Source: Phoronis australis | Taxonomy: Eukaryota; Animalia; Phoronida | NCBI GenBank assembly: GCA_002633005.1 | Contig: NMRA01000365.1 | Span: 307,660-371,659 of the forward strand | Direction: 5' to 3' | DNA length: 64,000 nt | Shown here: positions 35,044 through 47,097 of the stretch, piece by piece | Numbering within the stretch: the stretch's first letter is position 1 | Layout of the letters: every line of letters begins with the position of its first letter | The notes under the pieces: model-generated | Databases searched by the model: none | What the model saw: only the letters and a program-made list of their open reading frames with translations | What the model was told of the DNA's origin: nothing | Made by a program: the position numbers and the translations under genes

Positions 35044-36437
35044 CAGGGCCCGGTCTCCAATCTCCGTACTCAGACTCGAATCATGCTCAAACTCACACTT
35101 CTTACTCAACTCGAGTACAGACTCAGCTTTGGTGTATTCAATGTCATACTCGAAAAATCTGTACTCGAAATTTCAAGCACGTTCTCAGTTTTCGAGTGTA
35201 CTCGAACTGAAGTGTATCTCATCTATATTTCGAGTACGATTTTGAGTAAAAATTTGGAGTCTATGCTCAAATTTCAAGTTTGGTATGGCAGTGTGCTTGA
35301 AATCGTACTCGAAAATAAATACGAGCCAGGGAACAAAATATCGAAAGGAAACCAAGAAACACAGCAAATCTAAAAAAAATAAATCCTCTTATTGTATCTC
35401 AGCACTTCAACTTAGGTTCAGAGATAAGTTTTCATCTTAAATCTTCTTATTCTTCACCTTATTAACCCGCCGTATCACTGTATGTTATGGCCGCCATTCT
35501 ACCTCTACAATTCCTGGCAACAGGCGCATTGTAATCCCTTGTCGGCGAGTCATAACAAGCGTCGAAAGCAGTTGTGGGAAAAGTCGTGTGAGAAGTTTGT
35601 GCTGCCCTTATTTCGGTATGTGTGCCTACGTTTTGTAGGGTTTCCAAAAGACGAGGAGGGGAGGGAAGTTAAAAAAAGTTCGCTTCCCTGTCAGGTACAT
35701 TTCTCATCATAACTTAGTCATCTATAATTCCTCAATCCCCAAATGGAATTCCAGATTTTGTTTGCCGATTTCTAAGTAGACGTCTCGTCCTGTTCAGTGC
35801 CACTGGTGAACTCTGAATGCCTGCACAAGTATTGTTTTTTAACTCACGTGCCAAATGTCAACTCACTTGATACATCCCGGTAAAATACAAAGATACAGTA
35901 TCGAAGTTTGACATCAGCGTAGGCCTACACAGCAATGGGTTTTATGTCAAGACTAAATTAGCACTGAACAGAGATGTGATGTTATAAGCTGTTACATATT
36001 TCTTAAGACGTTTTCGGGACTGGGTGAGGAACTCAAGAAGTGAAGCTTAATAATTGCCAAATGTATCAAAGAAATGGCATAAGAATATTTATTGAAACTA
36101 AAAAATGAATAACAGTTACAGAACACTCAGAATTCTACGTTGTAGACATACTCTTGTAGTTGTAGCGACAGCAGACGATAATGTAGGCCTAGTTCTTGGG
36201 GTGGTCTATTCCAATAGGGAGCGATGAATCAGCGCGGCTTTGCGTGATTTTGCATTTCACATCATAAAGAGTTCCATAGCAACTCGAGTATGAGTCAGAT
36301 TTGAGTACGTTTTGAGTCTACTCGAAATATGACATTAGATACGCTTTTTTGAGTACGACTCCAGTGAGCACGATTTTGAGTATGAAATTTCGAGTATGAG
36401 TACGAGTCTGAGTACGGAGATTGGAGACCGGGCCCTG
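35044..36437. mobile_element. Non-autonomous DNA transposon (MITE) with ~35-bp TIRs and TACTCGA subterminal repeats
   Basis: CAGGGCCCGGTCTCCAATCTCCGTACTCAGACTCG at both ends, inverted. No clear TSD. Confidence 0.8.
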
Positions 36438-36700
36438 ATTTCACGTCCGCACATCTCAAGTTGACTTTGAAACGTTTAAGTGTGCTCATACTATCTATCG
36501 TTTTTTAATGTACTACAGACGTTTTCCATTACAGAATTTTGATATCTTTTTGCTCTGGGTTCCTGGTTACTTCAGACAAATGGCGTTACCAAGTTGTTAC
36601 TAAGCATTGCTGAATTCCTCGGGCACTATTTTGTCAACGTAAATATCAAGAACCGTTGAAAATCAAAATGTTTTAAATATTTGTATGGTTACTTTTGCAG

Positions 36701-36732
36701 GTAAATTCCAAATACAGATTCAAAGACAATAA
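36701..36732 (+). CDS. TRAPPC6B: TRAPPC6B terminal coding exon
   Basis: ttttgcag|(C)KFQIQIQRQ-TAA. Confidence 0.9.
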
Positions 36733-37560
36733 GTCCTGTGCAGCTGAGGATTGTCTATAATGGGCGTACAAAGTGCAATTGTGAAACATTAAGTTAGCAA
36801 TTATTTCTGGCATAAGACCATTAGGATGTTTATCAAATGAAGAAACAGCCAAGTCCAACAGCTGAAGGGCCGAGCACATGAACTAGAACTGCACAGCGAA
36901 AATGCCCATAATTTGCCTCCTCTCCCAAACCCTGAAACCCAAATCTGAAAACTTGAAAAGTAAACCTCATGAGGAGTGAACTCATGAGAAATTTTGTAGT
37001 TGAAACGATGCAAGTTGTATAAATGACTTTATTTATATGTAGAGCTAATCTGTGTAAATATATGTAGTTTCTATCATTGGTACCACTGGCTCTTCTAATC
37101 ATAAAAACTGCCCTTATCTACAATTACAAAGTCTCTGTATAGCAATTAGCCAGGTATTACACAATTCATACTCCCGCACATGTATCTCTGTATACCAATT
37201 AGCCAGCTATTACACAATTCATACTCCCGCACATGTATCTAAATTACAATTCATTGACTAGCCACTTCAGTCACAAACATAGAAGACTACAAGCATTAAA
37301 CTGATCATCAGGCATCTTTATATGCAACATGTCTAGCATAAGGGTATGGTGAAGTTCAAAAAAAGGATGTCCAACAATAAACCCACCCATACACAGAATT
37401 CAGTAGTTAAATGACTCGTGACTATGAAACAACTCATGTTTATCAAAAGGGAAGCAAAATTGATTACACAAATGGTCAGTCTAATCCACGTGGAATACTC
37501 TGTACCTGCCACTGCACCAAATACAACATCAAATGTTGTACAGAAGAATTAACACGTCTA

Positions 37561-39021
37561 TTATGTAGTGCTTCTTTTGTCATTGACGATTATGGGAATC
37601 CTATAGACACGGATCTTGACGGTGGGTAAAGCAGCGCACAATCTATCACCCAGTGTGTCCATGCTCCATGACTCATTCACAGTATCGTACACTACAACAA
37701 CAGTCTTCTTCTTAACGAGAGGAAGAGACGCCTCTGACCTCTTATTTTCCAAATGAGAATCTGCAGCATCTGATGCCTTCTCACTGAAGCCTGAATGCGA
37801 TTCTGTCTTTTCAACCTTCTCGTCAGTTGCAGGATACTCTTTCTCATTCTGTGCAGATACATCCTTCTCTTCATTTACAGGTGTTTCCAACTTATCATTT
37901 AGAGGCACTTGAAAGTGCTCAGTTGTTGCAGGCAGCTGAGTTTCGTCCTGAGCACCTAACCATTTGGTCCTCTCATCAGTTACAATGGGCTCCGTCTTCT
38001 CATTAGTCACAGCTAATGATTCTGCATTCTCATTGGTTATAGCCGATTCTGTCTCCATTTTGGTAACAAGAGTTTCAGCATTCTCGTTGGTTACAGCAAG
38101 TGCCCCTGTTTTCTCGTTGTTTCCTGAAAGTGGTTTGGTATCCTCTGTTGTAACTGAAAGTGACTCAGTCTTCTCATTGGATCCTGAGAGTGCTTTTACT
38201 TGACCACTCGTTCCTGAAAGTGACTCGGTATTCTCATTGGCTTCTGAAAAAGTTTCTGCCTTATCACTGGATACTGAAAGTGATTCTGCTTTCTCACTGG
38301 TGACTGAAACTGACTTTGGCTTCTCATTGGCCACTAAAAGTATTTCTGTATTCTCGTTGGACACCAAAACAGATTCAGTCTTTTCATTGGATAGAGGTAG
38401 GGACTCTCCATTCCCATTGGGCACTTCTTCAAGGGATGGCAGTGACGCCTCTCCTCTCTCATAGGCTGGCAAGGCTGATTCATTTGACAATTGAGACTGG
38501 ATCTTGGATACATTGCCACTAGACAAGTTGACTTTGGCCATAGTAGATGGGCACTCTGGTTTTTGAGTTGCTCCTTCGACAGAGTCAACAGGAACTCTCT
38601 CACTGAAGCCCAACTTTGCTTCAGATGTGGCCTCCAACACATCCACCATTTCCACATCTGCAGGATCCCCTGGTCTCTCTTCTTTACTAACTTGGCCATT
38701 TTCCGACCTTGACTCTTCATGCGACAGGACTACGCTATTATGCAGGCCTTCCTTCCTTTGAAAGGCATCGTTAGTCTTGCCATCAGGCAAGTCACCATTG
38801 GTATCACACTTAGAATGTTCGGCGGCAGATCTATCTGAATGACACTCGACGTCCTTGAAAAGAGGCTTTTCGAAGCAAAACGGAATGAAGGCTACTTTAG
38901 ACATCGTCTGACTAGACTCCATTTCGTCAATGTCCTCCGATGGCATCACACCCCAATCAAATTGCCTTAGAAACTTCATTGTCTTCACGTGTTGGAAAAT
39001 TGCATGGTTCATCCTTCCACC
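37561..39021 (-). CDS. Gene 3 terminal exon (last LRR, long acidic low-complexity region, C-terminal cap)
   Basis: ttacag|GGRMNHAIFQHVKTMKFLRQFDWGV...DRLCAALPTVKIRVYRIPIIVNDKRSTT-stop; contains the 483-aa ORF. Confidence 0.88.
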   Translation of the reverse strand, partial: GGRMNHAIFQHVKTMKFLRQFDWGVMPSEDIDEMESSQTMSKVAFIPFCFEKPLFKDVECHSDRSAAEHSKCDTNGDLPDGKTNDAFQRKEGLHNSVVLSHEESRSENGQVSKEERPGDPADVEMVDVLEATSEAKLGFSERVPVDSVEGATQKPECPSTMAKVNLSSGNVSKIQSQLSNESALPAYERGEASLPSLEEVPNGNGESLPLSNEKTESVLVSNENTEILLVANEKPKSVSVTSEKAESLSVSSDKAETFSEANENTESLSGTSGQVKALSGSNEKTESLSVTTEDTKPLSGNNEKTGALAVTNENAETLVTKMETESAITNENAESLAVTNEKTEPIVTDERTKWLGAQDETQLPATTEHFQVPLNDKLETPVNEEKDVSAQNEKEYPATDEKVEKTESHSGFSEKASDAADSHLENKRSEASLPLVKKKTVVVVYDTVNESWSMDTLGDRLCAALPTVKIRVYRIPIIVNDKRSTT

Positions 39022-39634
39022 CTGTAACAGACAACATCATTGAAACTTATGAGCAAGATTGCATTAATCTGTTGAAAGATATACATAAATCTATGGAAGT
39101 CTTTCCTGTCATAAGTAACTTTTAAATACCACATACCTTCATGGAACAGATACTTTGCAAGTGTGAACATTAACAGGAAATTAATTTTTTAACACACCCC
39201 AGCACAACTTCCAACTTCTGTCGTCACATCCAAAGTCACAACTCATTCCAGTCTAGCAAACACAGCTTTTGCGTTCCTTTGATCTTGGTGAATTTTATTG
39301 CTGTAATGTTGTTTTTCATAGTACTTCAGTGTAAGGACTTCCTAACTTCACACAAATCACAAGTTGTATTAAAGCGGTTGTGCTGGTAACACGACTTGAG
39401 GTGAAAAGATTAACACTAGAGATCCAAGAGCCACTTTCACTCACTTTATTGGAAAGTCCATTAAACTCCTTGAGAAGATTTTGATGCAGGCAACAAAAAG
39501 TCTCAACTTCTTAACGTTTCATTCGTCAAAACACAAAGCTTTCAATTCACAATTTCATGTCCAATGACCGCAAAGGTCTCTAGAAAAAGCAGGCCCGTTT
39601 CCAGCCCATCTGATGCAAGTTAGAGACAGCATAC

Positions 39635-39746
39635 CTTTTCTCTGGTATCTGGCCACACTGAGAAGACTCGTAGAGACGTGAGGGCTGCGACCACCTTCAG
39701 GATACCCTCGTCCAGTCTGTACATGATCAACTCCAGCTCTTTCAGT
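39635..39746 (-). CDS. Gene 3 LRR exon (LKELELIMYRLDEGILKVVAALTSLRVFSVWPDTREK)
   Basis: ttgcag / gtatgc, phase 2-0. Confidence 0.85.
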
Positions 39747-40329
39747 CTGCAATAAGTAATGGCTGTTTTGGTTTAATTTTACCACTGTATCTTAAGGTTA
39801 TGCAGGACCTTGTCAACAAATCTGGATATTTACCAAAATATCTACAAAACTATGGAGTTTAACTCTATAAGCAAGTGTACATTTTCTGAAAGTAGAAAGC
39901 CAGTTAAATTCCATGTTGACATGTTATCAATACGCTATAAATTGAGTCACAGGGCCTTTGAAGAAAAAAATATGGCAAAACATTAGTATCAATAACATCA
40001 TCAAATTTGATTTGACTTAAATGCTCAAAATGAAATCTCAAAAATGCAGTTACAGTTTTCTAAACCTTCATTTCATTTTTGTTTTATGTTTCTTTTTTAG
40101 CTGTTTTGCGAAAATCACTGATAAATTCTATTTTTGATAGCCCCTCATGGAAAAGTGGAACATTTTAAAATAATTCCTAACAGCCCTAGAGATGGCAGTG
40201 CATAAAGAAAAATATCTCAAAGTTTCCTATGAATTCCATCTGCCATTTCTGAGATGTTAGTCAAATCTAACGTGATCACATTTGTTTTTGGCCATAATAT
40301 GAACATGAAATTTAAAATCAACGCATTCG

Positions 40330-40920
40330 AACAAAGACATCGTATTAGTCGACGTTTTGGATTATTATCACTAAACCATTCTCAAGACAATATTCTTCAC
40401 AATACTCCAGTCAGGTAACATAGGAGAACAGTCAGGTAACATAGGAGAACAGTCAGGTAACATAGGAGAACAGTCAGGTAACATAGGAGAACAGTCAGGT
40501 AACATAGGAGAACAGTCAGGTAACATAGGAGAACAGTCAGGTAACATAGGAGAACAGTCAGGTAACATAGGAGAGCAGTCAGGTAACATAGGAGAACAGT
40601 CTGGTAACATAGGAGAACAGTCAGGTAACATAGGAGAACAGTCTGGTAACATAGGAGAACAGTCTGGTAACATAGGAGAACAGTCTGCACAAGTATACAT
40701 CAAAATACATAATAAGTAGAGAGACCAGAAATTAAAACAATTGGAGCTCAAATAAACCAAAGTTTCTATTTAAATAGAGCTCGGTGTGATTCAACCATAC
40801 ATAGTCTCCTTTATGAGCATCCTGAAGGTGGTATTGTCCTTGTCCAAGATCTGAACACCAGAGTAATCTAGTGTGACCCATGGTCAATGAATGATCGAGA
40901 ACAGCACAGTGTGTCTTTAC
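40330..40920 (-). mobile_element. Penelope-like 3' fragment, same family as 33951-34701
   Basis: Co-linear with 33990-34320 (GVQILDKDNTTFRMLIKE..LNRNFGLFELQLF) and has the same hammerhead-like region. Confidence 0.75.
40409..40686. repeat. 21-bp minisatellite x13 inside the Penelope 3' UTR
   Basis: CAGTCAGGTAACATAGGAGAA x13. Confidence 0.95.
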
Positions 40921-41542
40921 ATAGCATCCTACATAAACTAGATAATATTAGCAAGCGTCCATATATCTAAATTGAGACTCTCACTGACATAAGGCTAAGA
41001 GAAACGGTCATGGATACATTAAGTCAGATTTTCACTGGCTCAAGGATATCTCAAACCTTATTCACAAAAATTGCCCATTTTTACAATATTTCACGTATGC
41101 CTAGCGAAACACTTAATCTTCATTTTCGGGGAATTTCAAATACAAAATATTCACAGTAGCGAGAAAAAGATTTTAATAGCAGAACCACCTTGGAACCGCA
41201 CAACCACGTGGAAATTTGTTTACTACTTATCTGAGGTCAAAGGTTACGGGACTGTTACTCAAATCGAATCTCCTGCCAGGCACAGAGCAGCTCTGTATGT
41301 ACCCTCAGTCCTTTCATTCCCCGAGTCACCATAATAGTGAGTCAACGATGTGCTCATATGACAGAAAGATGCCGAGAAAAATGAAGACAAAACATACTTT
41401 TGATCCCGATGAGTTGTGTGTTTGCATGCATAAAACCATTTTGAATGAATGCGTAACGTAACAAAAACGAATACAACTGCTATTTTAAAAAAATTTTAAA
41501 ATACCTTACATTTTGTGAGTTGATTTGTCATAGAAACCAAAC

Positions 41543-43028
41543 AACAAGAGCAACGCAGAGCGTTGAAATGCGCCCACAATTGCATATGGTATCCTTCTAG
41601 GGTTGTTTATTGGTACCATAAAGTGGCCAGTAGAGGGCATATATGTAGTATGTTGTACTTTGCAAAATGGAAAGGCATGGTCATGGTCTCCTCAATAGGC
41701 TAGGGGCAAAATGTGAGTGATCTTCATGATACAAGCACATCCTATGCATCAGTTGCTTAAAGCACCACAGAAACATAGAATTAAAAACAAATTTACCAAC
41801 ATACGAGATTAGCAAAGCATTAGAATGCCAGAAACAAATTTCTACTTGGAACTTTTCCTTCATAGTCACGAAGTAACACAAAGTATACACCTGAAGACCT
41901 ATGAAAATACAGAGGTCAATGTAAAATACTAAAATTGCCACTAGAGGCATACCGGTAGTCAGAATCATCCTAAAGTCGTCATCGTCCGTTGTCAACGTCA
42001 CATAAATATACTTCCTAAATTTAGTAAAGATCCTGCAAACGGTTTGGGAGATACAGCCATGGGCGCAAAAAAAACTGCCACTAAGAGGCGCCACAGTAAT
42101 CAAAGTCATGGGAAATTCAGCGTCAACTGTCCTCTTCATAGTAAGAACATACATGCCAATTTTCACAATCATACTTATAGCGGTTTGGTTGATAGAGGGG
42201 TGGACGCCAAAAAACAGACTCAAAAACAGTAAAAATGGCCACTGGGTGTTGCAAACTAGGTCGAATCCATCCGAAAACGGGAGGATAGCGTCATCGCACT
42301 AATAAGTGCCTACATTACCAAATTTCATGAAAATCCGTTAAGGACTTGTGAAGATACAGAGGAAAACGTAAAAAAATAAAATTGCCACTAGGGGAACACT
42401 GGTAGGCGGATCCGTCCAAAAGTCGTCATCGTCTGTTTTTAACATAATATAAATACACTTATTAAATTTCGTAAAGATCCTGCGAACGGTTTAGGAGATA
42501 CAGCCATAGGCGCAAAAAAACAAAACTGCCACTAGGAGGCGCCACAGTGGTCGAAATCGTCGGAAAATTATCGTCAACCATCCTCTACATAGTAAGCATA
42601 TACATGCCAATTTTCACAATCATTCTTTGAGCGGTTTGGTTGATAGAGGAGTGGATGCACAAAAACATACTCGAAAACACTAAAAGTGGCCACTAGGTGG
42701 CGCAAACTACGTCGAATCCATCTGAAAACGGCAGGATAGCGTCACCTCACATACCAAATTTCATGAAAATCCGTTCAGGACTTTTGAAGATACAAAGGTA
42801 AGCGTAAAAAACTAAAATTGCCACTAGGGGGCACACCGGTAGTCGGATCCGTCCGAAAGTTCGCACATGCCGTCCCATTCATAAATGGAACATATGTGCC
42901 AAATTTCATGAACATATGTCAAAGGGTTTTGGAGATAGAGCAGCGGACGCCGGACACACACCGCCCGTACGGACAGACGGAGATGACGGCATAATGCGTC
43001 CACATAAAAATATGTGGGCGCATAAAAA
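41543..43028 (-). mobile_element. Helentron-like non-autonomous element, family A, copy 3
   Basis: Both ends present: aacaagagcaacgcagagcgttgaaATGCGCCCAC (hairpin + subTIR) and GTGGGCGCATaaaaa. About 2.5 internal ~440-bp units. Confidence 0.75.
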
Positions 43029-43160
43029 GCCTAATCGGAAATTCCTAAGTGTTTTTTGAGGTAACTGGTGAAGTTTTCATGTTACAAAAAGTTTGATCAA
43101 AATTGACCAAGAAGTTATTTTTCTGCGAATGTACCTTTTTTAAAATTGAAAGTTATGTTA

Positions 43161-43889
43161 AACAAGAGCAGTGCGGAGCATTGAAATGCGCCCACGAATG
43201 CATCACAAATGGTGTGCTTTTAGGGGGTTTTGTTTGTATCATCGAAATGGCCACTAGATGACACAAAATATGCCGAATCGGTCTGAAAACCAGAAAATGT
43301 CACCGTTTCTTTAAAAGAAAGCCATTTACAACAAAAATGGCCACTAGGTGGCGCAAACTACGAATCCATCCGAAAACGAGAGGATAGCGTCATCTCACTA
43401 ATAGATGTCTATGTGCCAAATTTTACGGAAATCCGTTGAGGAACTTTGAAGATACAGAGGCAAACGCAATAAACTAAAACTGCCACTAGGGGGCACACCG
43501 GTACACCGATCAGTTCGAAAGTCGTCGTCGTCAACTTCATATAAATAAATTTGCTAAATTTAATAAAGATCCTGTAGAACGTTTAGGAGATACAGCCACG
43601 GCCGCAAAAACAAACAAAACAAACTGCCACTAGGAGGCGCCACTGTAGTCGAAGTCGTTGGAAAATCATTGTCAATTGTCTTCCTCATAGTAACAATACA
43701 CATGCCAATTTTCACAATCATCCTTAAAGTGGTTTGGTTGTTAGAGGGGCGGACACCAAAGAAACGACTCGAAAACAGTAAAAACGGCCACTAGATTCTG
43801 CAAGGGGTTTAGGAGATACAGCCGCGGACGCCCAGACAGAGATGACGGCAATATGCGACCACATCTAAATATGTGGGTGCATAAAAAAA
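43161..43889 (-). mobile_element. Helentron-like non-autonomous element, family A, copy 4
   Basis: Same termini as copy 3, with a shorter internal array. Confidence 0.7.
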
Positions 43890-44138
43890 GGAGTTAACAC
43901 AATAGCAGCAGCAACAGCAGCAGCAGCAACAACAATAATAATGGTAATAAATATACAACTTCTTTTTATATATACTTTTACAAGTTTACAAAGCCAAGTT
44001 AATTGATATACGAGTTAGCATGGAGGCCACTAAATAAGGTTTGAGATAACCTTACAGTGCTGCCAATCAAGATCAGCCTTATTAGTAGTGCTTGGAAAAT
44101 CCTGCTGCAAACCATATCAATCTGTGGCAATCTAGAAG

Positions 44139-45392
44139 CAGGGACTCATCTAGCGGCCGTCCTGGCCGTCCTTGGGACGGCCCTTTGAAAAAAATGACGG
44201 CTTTGGACGGCACGGCCAAGACGGAAAAAAGACGGCCTGTTCCAAAACAACCTCGGTGAAAATGAAGTCTAAACGAAGAATTTTAACATTTATTATTAAT
44301 AAATTTCATTGAAACCTACAATTCATTAATTAAGTTCGCTAAATATTAAGAAATAACTCGACATTAGAAACTTTTGCCGTCTATTTTTACTATACATGTA
44401 AATGTCACAATGACGATCGGCAGATACTGGCAGCCATCTTTGGGGAATACATTCCTATTCTGTGACGTCAAGGTGACTTCATACGGAATCCCCCGCACGA
44501 CTAGTGTCGAGAAAAGTTGCATCCAGCGCTAACTACCCGTACATGGACACTTAATCTTTGAAATTGAAGAACCCACACCCGAAGTTGAAAGGATTTGCCG
44601 TACTCCTAATGCTAGTTGCCGACGCGGAAGTTGAAGCGGCACTCGATATATTCGACGGAGCAGCCAATTTGAAATAGCCGACGGAGAACGTACACTTCGA
44701 AAAAATGATACCCGACAAAATTCTAGCACTGACCTGCCGTACAAATGCCACCAATGTCGTTGAACNGTTGAGCACTGGTGATACTGATTTGTGAATTTGT
44801 TGAGGATATGGTCTTGTTTTTGTAGATTCGTGAATTGCATTACTGTGCGATGTAACGACACGTAGACATGTACTCTAGAATTTATTTCTTCATGTCCTTT
44901 CGAATGCAACTTCATTGTCTTCTCACAGTTTCAAGTGGTTTCTCAACTGCATTTTACTCTTCTCTTTTGAGAGCTTCAAGATACATTGAGCCCTGTACTC
45001 ATGCTGTCTATCATGCAACTCTACATAGATAATCTTACTAAAAAGATTTACAGATCTTGATTTTTGCAGCCTAGTGACAATACACACATCCTGAATGGAA
45101 CAAACCTCCTAATTTTTGTTTAGTTTCCCTAGGTACCGTCCTTTGAACAAGAAAAAGACATCCAAACAGTGTGCTAAATAAAATGCAAGAAAATGACCTT
45201 TTTTATGTAATATTTTTTTCCTCACCGGGTTGGGGAATTCCCCCACCTCCCCCCCAACTTCCAACCCCCACCTTCCCCCCCAACTTCCACCCCTCCCCCC
45301 ATCAGCGCTGCGCGCCTCAGATTTGCGCTTTGCACGACTCGTCAGTCTCACGAATTTGGACCCCCAATTTTTAAATCCTAGATGAGTCCCTG
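44139..45392. mobile_element. hAT-superfamily non-autonomous element
   Basis: 15-bp TIR CAGGGACTCATCTAG, perfect 8-bp TSD TCTAGAAG, GACGG subterminal repeats. Confidence 0.88.
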
Positions 45393-45649
45393 TCTAGAAG
45401 TCACTAAAGCAGCTTTGAAGTATCAGGAAGTATCCTCAGATCTCACATGCCCATCAACATATAGGACTATTAGGTCTATCATGGAAAAAACCCAGTAGTC
45501 ATATCCCAAACTCGTTCGCCGTAAGAACACCTGTTACAATTCTCTAGAATATCGGAAACAACAAAGGTATCTATATCATTATACAATCTTATGAAACCCA
45601 GATGTGAATGGAACAAGAAATTCATAGATTTTACCAATGCAGTACATAC

Positions 45650-45756
45650 CTGACCATATTCTTCAGTGCCTTAGCCAACCCTAGATCAGGTAGTTCACCA
45701 CCACATTCCAGTCGAAGATGTCGTAGCTCAGTCAGCACAGCTAGGAACCCAAAAGC
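45650..45756 (-). CDS. Gene 3 LRR exon (AFGFLAVLTELRHLRLECGGELPDLGLAKALKNMV)
   Basis: ttccag / gtatgt, phase 0-2. Confidence 0.87.
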
Positions 45757-46646
45757 CTGGAATGTGGAAATATTAATTTCGATGGAACTGTTCTATGAAG
45801 AAATTTAAACTTTTTTTCAAATTTTGACGTTTTAATTGAGTAATTTGGTCACAAAAAAACAAATATTAAAAACGATTACCATGGGAACACATGTTGTAAC
45901 CCATGCCTGGGCTTTATTGTTTGCCCACTGAGGAAGGGTTACACCTCTAATTTTTCCATCTTCAAATTTGTGCTAAATGCAAAGTGATTATTAAATTTTT
46001 AGGAATTTGGAAATGCAGGAAATCTATTTAAAATTTTTTTGAAAACGATATCCAGTTTTTCAAACATTAACTGATCATTAATCAGAATTGGCTGATTGAA
46101 CTCATAGGCAACTTTCAGATATTTCGCTGTGTACAGTTCTCCAGGAATTGGTTTTTAAATATTCCACCAAAAAGAATTTTTACATAAGGACTCAAAATTT
46201 GCACACAAAGAAAAAGAAAATTAACAAAATTAAGCATTTTGAGAAGTCAACTTGAGCATTTACACCAAACAATACTTGGTCATGGTTACCTTTGTTAAGC
46301 TATATATGAACCTCCCCTTTTTGCTAAAAAATCAGCAATTTAAGCCAGATTGTTAAGAAAAACTCAAACGTCACAGCCTCAGGCATTCTGATTTCACAGA
46401 ATATAGACCTTTTACCAGGTTAGCACATATATTTGTAGGTATTCAGCTAAATGCAGACTTGCCACTAAAGTCCTACATAACCTTTACAGTTAATGCAATC
46501 CCCAAAACTGGCTTCACTTGACTAACTTCCCTGGTTCCGCCGGGTCAAACGGTTAAGACATCTGATTGGTGCGTCTTAGCCAGTTGATTCAGCTGAACTG
46601 GCAAAATTGATCAAGTGCAGCCAAATGTGTACCATAAACAACATAC

Positions 46647-46754
46647 CTCTTCTGACCAGTTGAGGCAGTCACCAAGCTCAAGCTGATGCAGACCCTGGAG
46701 TTGTGCCAGGAATGTCAAGTCTTCAGACTGTACGTTAGTCAGTGTGGTCAATGA
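46647..46754 (-). CDS. Gene 3 LRR exon (SLTTLTNVQSEDLTFLAQLQGLHQLELGDCLNWSEE)
   Basis: tgccag / gtatgt, phase 0-0. Confidence 0.87.
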
Positions 46755-46962
46755 CTGGCAACAAACAGTGTATGCAGTTAAAGAGACTTTCTCTTAACTG
46801 GATAATTAAGTAACATGTTAATCCAACAACATATCATGGATATCAAGTGACCATCACAAGACATCATGACCTATTTGACCATTTAAAGCATTTGCTTTAA
46901 ACCTCCACTCCACCCATGAAGCAAACTTTTCCACATTCTGTCCAAGAAACAAACTTTTGATA

Positions 46963-47097
46963 TAGGCCACTTACTGCTATTTAGGTCACTTACTGCTATT
47001 TAGGCCACTTACTGTTATCTAGGTCACTTACTGCTATTTAGGTCACTTACTGTTTTTTAGGCCACTCAATGCTATTTAGGTCACTTACTGCTATTTA
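46963..47097. repeat. 19-bp tandem repeat x7
   Basis: TAGGYCACTTACTGCTATT. Confidence 0.9.

Larger units (their letters stand above)
22023..36732 (+). other. TRAPPC6B: Gene span: trafficking protein particle complex subunit 6B-like (Trs33/BET3 family), 157 aa
   Basis: Six exons join in frame to MMCDDSLFDFLHMEIVSHVHRTARKDEKDDCISKLEAMGFRVGQSLVERFTKDIPRFKDELDTMKFICKDFWTSVYKKQVDNLRTNHQGVYVLLDNRFRLLTQISNSAQYLEDAPKYLAYPCGLIRGALYNLGITSIVTADVACLPTCKFQIQIQRQ. Confidence 0.95.

Noticed and set aside
37561-39012. Independent single-exon 483-aa gene
   Set aside because: An in-phase acceptor at 39021 links it to the upstream LRR exons, so it is the terminal exon of gene 3.
40371-40760. 129-aa ORF with (PDCSPML)n
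   Set aside because: By-product of a 21-bp tandem repeat in a Penelope 3' UTR, with no splice support.
41681-42223. 180-aa ORF (and similar ORFs at 3371-3601 and 2855-3040)
   Set aside because: These lie within the family A internal repeats, and the frame is not conserved between copies.
44529-44915. 128-aa ORF inside the hAT element
   Set aside because: No recognisable transposase motif, and it contains an ambiguous base. At most a relic.
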